The position numbers were made by a program, and so were the translations under genes. A DNA stretch of 9,846 bases from Octopus sinensis (lineage: Eukaryota), in contig NW_021827624.1 in the NCBI RefSeq assembly GCF_006345805.1, positions 1-9,846 on the forward strand, read 5' to 3'. Below, piece by piece: positions 1-8,700 of this stretch; the stretch's first letter is position 1, and each line of letters starts with the position of its first letter. The notes beneath the pieces were generated by a model. The model did no database searches, had not been told where the DNA came from, and worked only from the letters and a program-made list of their open reading frames with translations.

Positions 1-99
1 ATATATAAAAATTAATGAAGGGTAGAAATTGATATAGTCAATTAAAACCAGTAGTCTAGCATATTAAAAAGAATCCGAAGATTAAAATATTTATATATA

Positions 100-303
100 C
101 CGATTAAGGACTGAACACGAAAGTGGACAGTCACATGCTAGATATAGACGTCAAATCGCCATTCTCCACAAAGATTATGTTCTCAAAAAATTTGTTTGTG
201 CTGAATTTTATTTTTTTGAGAACATAATCTTTGTGGAGAAGGCGATTTGACGTCTATATCTAGCATGTTGACTGTCCACTTTTCGTGTTCAGTCCTTAAT
301 TGG
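100..303. repeat. Long inverted repeat (fold-back), MITE-like or inverted retroelement remnant
   Basis: Arm 100-190 (ccgattaaggactgaacacg...gttctcaaaaaa) is the reverse complement of ~212-303, with one substitution and a few 1-bp indels. The spacer is ~20 bp. TA flanks both sides (98-99, 304-305) within TA runs. Confidence 0.9.
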
Positions 304-322
304 TATATATATATATATATAT

Positions 323-559
323 GTATGCGTGTGTGTGTTTGTGTGTCTGTGTTTGTCCCCCTAGCATTGCTTGACAACCGATGCTGGTGTGTTTATGTCC
401 CCGTTACTTAGCGGTTCGGCAAAAGAGACCGATAGAATAAGTACTGGGCTTCCAAAAGAATAAGTCCCGGGGTCGAGTTGCTCGAGTAAAGGCGGTACTC
501 CAGCATGGCCGCAGTCAAAATGACTGAAACGAGTAGAAGAGTAAAAGAGTAAAGAGTAA
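323..559 (+). mobile_element. SINE 3' half (tRNA head absent), Octopus-type family
   Basis: (GT)-rich linker, body tgtttgtccccctagcattgcttgacaaccgatgctgg..., core gatagaataagtac...ggggtcga, terminal hairpin cagtca-aaa-tgactg and short repeat tail (agagtaa)n. Family recognised from memory. Confidence 0.75.
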
Positions 560-599
560 CTGATTTGCAAATGCTGCGGAGCATTTGTAGATCACGGCA

Positions 600-709
600 A
601 CGGCGCTGGTGCTGAAGATGGCGACGACGGTAGCCGTGGTGGTGGTGGTGGTGGTGATGTTGTTGTTGTTGTTTGTGGTGGTGTTATAGTGATGGCGGTT
701 GTGTAGGTG
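600..709. repeat. GGT/GTT trinucleotide microsatellite (left part of the tract split by the SINE)
   Basis: Direct reading of (ggt)n and (gtt)n runs. Confidence 0.85.
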
Positions 710-1779
710 GTGGAGGCGCAATGGCCCAGTGGTTAGGGCAGCGGACTCGCGGTCGTAGGATCGCGATTTCGATTCACAGACTGGGCGTTGTGAGTGTTTA
801 TTGAGCGAAAACGCCTAAAAGCTCCACGAGGCTCCGGCAGGGGATGGTGGTGGTGATCCCTGCTGTACTCTTTCACCACAACTTCCTCTCACTCTTACTT
901 CCTGTTTCTGTTGTACCTGTATTTCGAAGGGGCCGGCCTTGTCACTCTCTGTGTCACGCTGAATGTCCCCGAGAACTACGTTAAGGGTGCACGTGTCTGT
1001 GGAGGCTCCGGCAGGGGATGGTGGTGATCCCTGCTGTACTCTTTCACCACAACTTTCTCTCACTTTTACTTCCTGTTTCTGTTGTACCTGTATTTCAAGG
1101 GGACGGCCTTGTCACTCTCTGTGTCACGCTGAATATCCCCGAGAACTACGTTAAGGGTGCACGTGTCTGTGGAGGCTCCGGCAGGGGATGGTGGTGATCC
1201 CTGCTGTACTCTTTCACCACAACTTTCTCTCACTTTTACTTCCTGTTTCTGTTGTACCTGTATTTCAAGGGGACGGCCTTGTCACTCTCTGTGTCACGCT
1301 GAATATCCCCGAGAACTACGTTAAGGGTGCACGTGTCTGTGGAGGCTCCGGCAGGGGATGGTGGTGATCCCTGCTGTACTCTTTCACCACAACTTTCTCA
1401 CTTTTACTTCCGTTTCTGTTGACCTGTTATTTCAAGGGGACGGCTTGTCACTCTCTGTGTCACGCTGAAATCCCCGAGAACTACGTTAAGGGGCATCGTG
1501 TCTGTGGAGGATACGGCAGGGGATGGTGATGATCCCTGCTGTACTCTTTCACAACAACTTTCTCTCACTCTTACTTCCTGTTTTCTGTGTACCTGTATTT
1601 CAAGGGGCCGGCCTTGTCACTCTCTGTGTCACGCTGAATATCCCCGAGAACTACGTTAAGGGTACACGTGTCTGTGGAGTGCTCAGCCACTTACACGTTA
1701 ATTTCACGAGCAGGCTGTTCCGTTGATTCGGATCAACCGGAACCCTCGTCGTCGTAACCGACTGAGTGCTTCCATAAAA
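710..1779 (+). mobile_element. Full-length tRNA-derived SINE (Arg-like head) with internal tandem amplification and 13-bp TSD
   Basis: A-box TGGCCCAGTGG 722-732, B-box-like GATTTCGATTC 765-775, TCG at the anticodon-like position. Exact TSD GGTTGTGTAGGTG at 697-709 and 1780-1792. 3' stem-loop at 1745-1766. Confidence 0.92.
828..1676 (+). repeat. Five tandem copies of a ~170-bp SINE body segment
   Basis: Units start at gagg(ctcc)ggcagggg: 828, 1002, 1172, 1342, 1507 (174, 170, 170, 165, 170 bp). Units 2 and 3 appear identical; unit 4 is indel-rich. Confidence 0.95.
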
Positions 1780-1799
1780 GGTTGTGTAGGTGACACATC

Positions 1800-2885
1800 A
1801 TGACGACAATTATGATAATAATGTTGATGATTGTTTCGATGATGGTGATGATGATGATGATGATAATTATTATTATTAGTATGATGATGATGATGGTGTT
1901 GGTGGTAGTGGTGATGATGGTAATGATGATGATCACAATGATGATGATAATTATTATTAATATGATGGTGATGATGATGGTGGTGTTGGTGGTGGTGGTG
2001 ATGATGATGATGATGATGACGATGATGATAATAATTATTAGTATGATGATGGTGATGGTGATGATGGTAATGATGGTGTTGGCGGTGGTGATGATGATGA
2101 CGACGATGATGATAATTATTATTAGTATGATGGTGGTGTTGGTGGTGGTGGTGACGATGGTAATGATGGTGGTGCTGGTGGTGGTGGTGATGATGATGAT
2201 GGTGTTGGTGGTGGTGGTGACGATGGTAATGATGGTGGTGTTGGTGGTGTTGGTGGTGGTGATGATGATGGTGGTGGTGGTGGTGACGATGGTGACGATG
2301 GTGGTGGTGTTGGTGGTGGTGATGATGATGGTGGTGGTGGTGGTGACGATGGTGACGATGGTGGTGGTGTTGGTGGTGGTGATGATGATGGTGGTGGTGG
2401 TGACGATGGTGACGATGGTGGTGGTGTTGATGGTGGTGATGATGATGGTGGTGGTGGTGGTGACGATGGTGACGATGGTAACGATGGTGGTGTTGGTTGT
2501 GATGATGATGATGATGGTGGTGTTGGCGGTGGTGGTGACGATGGTAATGATGGTGGTGTTGGTGGTGTTGGTGGTGGTGATGATAATGGTGGTGTTGGTG
2601 GTGTTGGTGGTGATGATAATGGTGGTGTTGGTGGTGGTGGTGGTGGTGTTGGTTGTGATGATGATGATGATGATGACGCTGGTAGATGTGATACTGATGA
2701 CGGCGCCGGTGATGGTGATGAAGATACTAGTGGTGGTAGTGGTGGTGGTGGTGGTGATGACAGAGGTAAAGATGACTACGACGACGACGACGACGATGAT
2801 GATGATGGTGATGATGATGATGATGAGGAGGAGGAGGATAAAGGCAATGTTGGTGATGCTGCGGCTGATGATGATGAAGATGAGG
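1800..2885. repeat. Compound (GAT/GGT/AAT)n trinucleotide microsatellite with ~57-60 bp higher-order units
   Basis: Direct reading; 2281-2340 and 2341-2400 are identical 60-mers. Confidence 0.95.
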
Positions 2886-3007
2886 TGCAGCCTATAATTA
2901 CGCAGAACGGTAACGAAAGAAGAGGATCTTTACGATGACATCATTTCACCCGGTTTTGATTATGACGGTTTATTGTGAGTCGTACGTTGACGATCAGAGG
3001 CACCGGC

Positions 3008-3029
3008 ATACATACATACATACTATATG

Positions 3030-3094
<65 letters not shown>

Positions 3095-3565
3095 ATATGT
3101 GTGCGTGTGATGTGTGGTGTGTGTGTGTATATATATAGGTATATATACATATCTATACTATATAAAACATATATATATACAACATATATATAAGTATATA
3201 TACATTATATATACATATATATACATATATATATACATATAATATATACACACATATATATATATACACATATATATATACATACATATATATATATAGG
3301 TATATATATACATACATATATATATAAAGTTATATATACATACATATATATATAGGTATATAAATATATACATATATATGTTTACATATATACGTATATA
3401 CAAATATATACGTATATATTCATATATATATATATATAAATATATACACATATATATGTGGGTGTACAAACATGTATACATTCATGCATAATATATAAAC
3501 ATGGATACATGCATACACCTATATATATCTGTAAATATATATATGTATATACATACATATATGCG

Positions 3566-3601
<36 letters not shown>

Positions 3602-4508
3602 CATGGACACATACATGTATCTACAGTACATCAATATATCTCTATTTATCTATATCTACACTGACCAAACACACACACATGTATATATTCATATATAAAT
3701 ATACTTATACATGTATGCACACAATATACAATATATCTACAAAAATATAATGTATATATCTATATATATATATATATATAAATATATGCATATATATATA
3801 TATGCATATATATATATATATATGCGTATATATGCGTGTATGCATGTTTATATTTGCATATACATATGAGTACGTATGCATATGAACGTATATACACCTA
3901 TATATATATATGTATATATATGTACACATGCATATATATTTATATGTATATGTATATATATATACATATGCATATATGTATATATATGTATGAGTATGTA
4001 TATATATGTGTGTATATTTATGTATGAGTATGTATATACATATATGTATATATATGTATGAGTATGTATATATATATATGTATATATATGTATGAGTATG
4101 TATATATATATATATATATATGTATGAGTATGTATATATATTATATATATATGTATGAGTATGTATATATATATGTGTATATTTATGTATGAGTATGTAT
4201 ATACATATATGTATATATATGTATGAGTATGTATATACATATATGTATATATATGTATGGATGTATGTATATATATATATATGTATGAGTATGTATATTA
4301 TTATATCTTATATATGTAGAGTATGATATATATATATATATGTATGAGTATGTATATATATATATATGTATGAGTATGTATATATATAATATATGTATGA
4401 GTATGTATATATATGTATGAGTATGTATATTATATATATATGCATATTATATTATGATAGAGTATATATATATATATATATATATATACACGCACATATA
4501 TATATATA
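3008..4508. repeat. Degenerate (TA)n/(TACA)n/(TATG)n microsatellite, with a gtatgagtatg(ta)n minisatellite in its right third
   Basis: Direct reading; recurrent gtatgagtatgtatata from ~3988 to ~4430. Confidence 0.95.
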
Positions 4509-4738
4509 AATGGTTTTTAACGAAGTGCTGCTGTTTGAAATGTTTTCTCAAGAAGATGTATGTATCGTGTAATTGTAAATTTAAAAGCCATATAAAACTT
4601 CTCCTTCACTTTTGTATGCATAAAATTAAAAAAAACGAGAAATGCTTACGAATTAATTTTCATTCATAGTTATTCATCATTCTTTCCTTTTAACGTTTAT
4701 TGCCTTAAACTCCGTTGAATTACCTAATTGGAAACGTT

Positions 4739-4817
4739 GATAATAATAATAATAGTAATAGTAATAATAATAATAATAATAGTAATAATAGTAATAATAA
4801 TGATGATGATGATAATA
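4739..4817. repeat. (AAT/AGT/GAT)n microsatellite
   Basis: Direct reading. Confidence 0.9.
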
Positions 4818-4963
4818 TTGAATGCAACGATGACTGCTGCACACACCTGAGGAATTTCGAAGATACAGTAAGGTAGCGCTGCAGAAACTCTTACGAAACC
4901 CAACAAAGAAAAAACTTTTGATGATGATAATAATAATAATAATAATAATGATAATAATGATAT

Positions 4964-6035
4964 ATTTCTTTACTACCCACAATGGGCCAAACACAGAGCG
5001 GACAAACAAGGACAGACTGACGGATTAAGTCGATTACATCGGTCCCCAGTGCGTAACTGGTACCTATTTAATCGACCCCGAAAGGATGAAAGGCAAAGTC
5101 GACCTCGGCGGAATTTGAACTCGGAACGTAAGACAGACGAAATACCCATTTCTTTACTGCCCACAAGGGACTAAACACAGAGCGAGCAAACAAGGACAGA
5201 CAGACGGATTAAGTCGATTACATCGGTCCCCAGTGCGTAACTGGTACCTATTTAATCGACCCCGAAAGGATGAAGGCAAAGTCGACCTCGGCGGAATTTG
5301 AACTGGAACGTAAGACAGACGAAATACCCATTTCTTACTGCCCACAAGGGGCTAAACACAGAGCGGACAAACAAGGACAGACTGACGGATTAAGTCGATT
5401 ACATCGGTCCCCAGTGCGTAACTGGTACCTATTTAATCGACCCCGAAAGGATGAAAGGCAAAGTCGACCTCGGCGGAATTTGAACTCGGAACGTAAGACA
5501 GACGAAATACCATTTCTTTACTGCCCACAAGGGGCTAAACACAGAGCGGACAAACAAGGACAGACTGACGGATTAAGTCGATTACATCGGTCCCCAGTGC
5601 GTAACTGGTACCTATTTAATCGACTCCGAAAGGATGAAAGGCAAAGTTAACCTCGGCGGAATTTGAACTCGGAACGTAAGACAGACGAAATACCCATTTC
5701 TTTACCGCCCACAAGGGCTAAACACAGAGGGGACAAACAAGGACAGACAGACGGATTAAGTCGATTACATCGGTCCCCAGTGCGTAACTGGTACCTATTT
5801 AATCGACCCCGAAAGGATGAAAGGCAAAGTTAACCTCGGCGGAATTTGAACTCGGAACGTAAGACAGACGAAATACCCATTTCTTTACTGCCCACAAGGG
5901 GCTAAACACAGAGCGGACAAACAAGGACAGACAGACGGATTAAGTCGATGACATCGACTCCAGTGCGTAACTGGTACTTAATTTATCGACCCCGAAAGGA
6001 TGAGAGGCAAAGTCGACCTCGGCGGAATTTGAACC
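4964..6035 (-). mobile_element. Head-to-tail array of six 5'-truncated tRNA-derived SINE units (~183 bp)
   Basis: Units start (plus coordinates) at 4964, 5148, 5330, 5512, 5696, 5879; the last is partial. Each has a minus-strand B-box (GAGTTCAAATTCC-like) and core ctttcatcctttcggggtcgattaaat but lacks the A-box present in the related copy at 7616-7822. (AAT)n flanks both sides. Confidence 0.92.
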
Positions 6036-6100
6036 CATAATAATAATAATAATAATAATGACAATAATGATAATAATAATAATAATAATAATGATAATGT

Positions 6101-6356
6101 GGAGGCGCGTGGCTTAGTGGTTAGGGTGTCAGCATCATGATCGTAAGATTGTGGTTTCGATTCCTGGACCGGGCGACGCGCTGTGTTCTTGAGCAAAACA
6201 ACTTCATTTCACGTTGCTCCAGTCCACTCAGCTGGCAAAAATGAGTAAACACTGCGATGGACTGTCGTCCCGTCCATTTGGGGAACACATATGCCATTGA
6301 AACCGGGAAAGCGGGCCCATGAGCCTGGCTAGGCTTTAAAAGGGCACATTTATTTT
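6101..6356 (+). mobile_element. Full-length tRNA-derived SINE with CORE-like central domain
   Basis: A-box TGGCTTAGTGG 6110-6120, B-box GGTTTCGATTCC 6153-6164, then tgtgttcttgagcaaaac...ctcagctggcaaaaatgagta, resembling the CORE-SINE domain. Inserted in (AAT)n. Confidence 0.85.
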
Positions 6357-6381
6357 AATAATAATAACAATAATATTATGT

Positions 6382-6894
6382 AATAATAATTCTCTAAAAG
6401 AGATATAGACAGTAACTGCTCGATAACATAAGGGACTAAAGCCATCTGAATGGGACAGGGCAGGGTGGTGGGGGTGTTACTGTTGCATTTAGCCCCAGGC
6501 GAACATCGACGTCGCTAGATAGGCTTGACACCGTCACGGTGTCCTTTAACCTGCAAAGGGAGATAATTCCCCGATGAAGCGGAAACCACACACGGACCAT
6601 GGTTTCAAGGTGTATTGCCTATCGTCAACGTGTGGTAGGCCTCCGCTTCCTCGACGAAATCTCACTCTGCAGGTTATTCATATATAGATTTTCAAGCAAA
6701 TACATTTGTGATTTCGAAAATCTGTTCGACAGCAATAATAATTCTCTAAAAGAGATATAGACAGTAACTGCTCGATAACATAAGGGACTAAAGCCATCTG
6801 AATATGGCTAGGGACAGGGCAGGGTGGTGGGGGTGTTACTGTTGCTAAATGCAACAGTAACACCCCCACCACCCTGCCCTGTCCCTAGCCATAT
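6382..6894. repeat. Direct repeat (352-bp period) ending in a perfect 44-bp fold-back; unclassified element
   Basis: 6382-6486 recurs at 6734-6845 (the second copy has an extra atggcta). 6802-6845 and 6851-6894 are perfect reverse complements around a taaat loop. An imperfect hairpin lies at 6547-6676. Confidence 0.85.
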
Positions 6895-6906
6895 ATATAT
6901 AATAAT

Positions 6907-7024
6907 TATGGTTGTGATGAATGCCTGGTGTGCCCTTATCAGACGGGTAGTCATTTTGGGTATATTTGGGCTCCGTATATTCTACCCTAGTGTCACTTTG
7001 ATGGCATGCACTGCTCTCTCACTC
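6907..7024. mobile_element. Terminal fragment of an unclassified interspersed repeat, abutting (AAT)n
   Basis: 6907-6977 aligns to 7515-7586 (tatggttgtg...cccttatcagac.ggtagtc...cgta); followed by (AAT)n 7025-7094. Confidence 0.7.
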
Positions 7025-7070
<46 letters not shown>

Positions 7071-7095
7071 TTAATAATAATAATGATGATGATAA

Positions 7096-7586
7096 ACCAG
7101 GCAGTGGCTCTCATGGCTTCTGATCTTAACTGATTGGAAGTGTTATCATGTACATTGTTTTGTCTTGGTATAAAAGATGGGCTACAGCAAATATTCTGCT
7201 CAATACCACAGATTTGCTTGTCAGTTGTTTGACATTAACCAGTTGACCATGTCCCTTGGTGGCTGATGATATGTGCATCACTGATCACGAGCAGAAGCAG
7301 TGGGGGAGCATCATAGCCATGTGTTGACAGGAATTCTTTGAGGTTTGGATAATTCACCTTTGGAAACATGGGTGTTTCTTTCAACATCCTTAAACAATCC
7401 GTCTTCAGGGACCTTTTGAGTGGGATGGGTTACTCGACCAGAAGAAAATTCTAACTGGGCCCCACCTACAAGGTCATGTGCTGTTTATCTTGATAGATCA
7501 CCGTGTCGCGCACATATGGTTGTGGTGCATGTGCCTAGTATACCCTTATCAGACAGGTAGTCGTGATGAGTCTACTGGACTTCGTA
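7096..7586. mobile_element. Longer fragment of the same unclassified repeat
   Basis: Right end is homologous to 6907-6977; bounded by (AAT)n on both sides; no convincing protein motif found. The left boundary is inferred. Confidence 0.6.
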
Positions 7587-7615
7587 ATAATAATAATTAT
7601 AATTATAATAATAAT

Positions 7616-7822
7616 CCTTTCTGCTAAAGGCACGAGACACGAAATTTGGGGGGAGGGGACTAGTCAATTACATCGACCCCAGTGTTTAACTGGTACTTAT
7701 TTAATCGACCCCGAAAGGATGAAAGGCAAAGTCGACCTCGGCGGAATTTGAACTCAGAACTCTTTGACGGGCGAAATACCGCTAAGCATTTCGTCCGGTG
7801 TGCTGACGATTTTGCCAGCTCG
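7616..7822 (-). mobile_element. Near full-length tRNA-derived SINE (same head/core as the 4964-6035 array, different 3' tail)
   Basis: Minus-strand A-box-like TGGCAAAATCG (7807-7817), B-box (7743-7755), core near-identical to the array units. The tail 7616-7660 differs from the array tail. Confidence 0.88.
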
Positions 7823-7929
7823 TGTGACAGCACATCCGTACCTGTAGAGTTTCTCTCGAACCAGTAGTGGCTCCCATCACTTTAGCACTACCTGGCCAAG
7901 GACAGCTGGAAATTTATCCATGATGGTTC

Positions 7930-8167
7930 CCGCAATCACCACAGGAGCAGGGACAGCCGAGGAGGGACAGATTCGGTCAGCAGAGCAGAAACGCCAGATG
8001 CGGAAAGCCAGAGCCGCCTGCACCTGTAGCACGGCCCCTACCCACTTCTGCCCCACTTGTGGGAGGGGCTTCCTTGCCCGGATTGGCCTCACCAGCCACC
8101 TCCGGTCTCATGGCGGCAGTTCCATCAGATGATGTCAGTGGTCATCTTCGAACCCGAAGGACGAACA
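7930..8167 (+). mobile_element. 5'-truncated RTE-clade LINE 3' end (ORF C-terminus with C2H2 finger plus 3' UTR)
   Basis: Translation ...AEQKRQMRKARAA...HFCPTCGRGFLARIGLTSHLRSH matches the typical RTE C-terminus (KRxxRK...CxxCxRxFxxRIGLxSHxRxH). Stop at 8130-8132, then a short UTR with a stem-loop at 8141-8162. Confidence 0.88.
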
Positions 8168-8290
8168 TTAAGATTAACTAAAGCGGAACAGCCCACGGAT
8201 CCCATTTCCCCACCAGTAGAGGGCTGTGAGCGCCTGACGACATTCAAAAGCCGCCGCTATAAGCAGAAGGCTTGATATCATTTCGTGAGG

Positions 8291-8440
8291 AGATAGTTCG
8301 TTACGTCGATTCCACTGTTCAGTTGGTATTTGTTTTATCGATCACGAATTGACGAAAAGCCAAGTCGACCTCGCCGGATTTTGAAATCAGAAAGCAAGCG
8401 TTTTTGCTGGATCGTCTGACGATACGGTCTGCTGGCCGCC
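8291..8440 (-). mobile_element. Old, degraded copy of the minus-strand SINE family
   Basis: ttggtatttgttttatcgatcacgaa...aagtcgacctcgccggattttgaaatcagaa aligns with the 7690-7759 core; ends gccgcc like the family 5' end. Confidence 0.75.
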
Positions 8441-8443
8441 TTT

Positions 8444-8540
8444 AACAACAACACTACCATCATCGTCATCAGCATCAACAACAACATCAACAACGACAAC
8501 AAGAGCAAAAACAACAACAACAACAACAGCAGCAACAACA
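8444..8540. repeat. (CAA/CAT/CAG)n microsatellite
   Basis: Direct reading. Confidence 0.9.
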
Positions 8541-8700
8541 GGAGGCGCAATGGCCCAATGGTTAGGGCAGCGGACTCGCGGTCGGAGGATCGCGGTTTCG
8601 ATTCCTAGACCGGGCATTGTGTGTGTTTATTGAGCGAAAACACCATAAAGCTCCACGAGGCTCCGGCAAGGGGTGGTGGCGACCCCTGTTGTACTCTTTC
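8541..8700 (+). mobile_element. 3'-truncated copy of the 710-1779 SINE family
   Basis: Aligns to 712-874; A-box 8551-8561, B-box GGTTTCGATTCC 8594-8605; homology stops abruptly after gtactctttc. Confidence 0.9.

Noticed and set aside
712-787. tRNA gene (also 6101 and 8541)
   Set aside because: Poor cloverleaf stems, and each continues into a SINE body; these are SINE heads.
1342-1520. Accelerated divergence of tandem unit 4
   Set aside because: Differences are mostly scattered 1-bp indels, more consistent with long-read consensus error than biology.
1800-2897. 365-aa M/V/I-rich ORF
   Set aside because: Read-through of a GAT/GGT trinucleotide microsatellite that lacks stops in this frame; no protein-like complexity.
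2941-4669. Many YI/IY-rich ORFs (also 9279-9524)
   Set aside because: Translations of (TA)n repeats.
4964-6035. CRISPR-like array or repeat-protein ORF (5270-5650); likewise 828-1676
   Set aside because: Whole units repeat with no unique spacers, no cas genes and a eukaryotic context; the ORFs are incidental to SINE sequence.
6560-6665. Hammerhead ribozyme (ccGATGA...GAAA)
   Set aside because: The core reads CCGATGA rather than CTGATGA, and stems I and II cannot be closed properly with either GAAA. I found no canonical hammerhead on either strand by eye; an Infernal scan of the family consensus would be decisive.
7823-7929. Upstream or inverted RT fragment of the RTE element
   Set aside because: No convincing RT motif in any frame; left unassigned.
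7920-8132. Host C2H2 zinc-finger gene
   Set aside because: A single finger with the RIGLxSH signature and an RTE-like 3' UTR; a LINE remnant.
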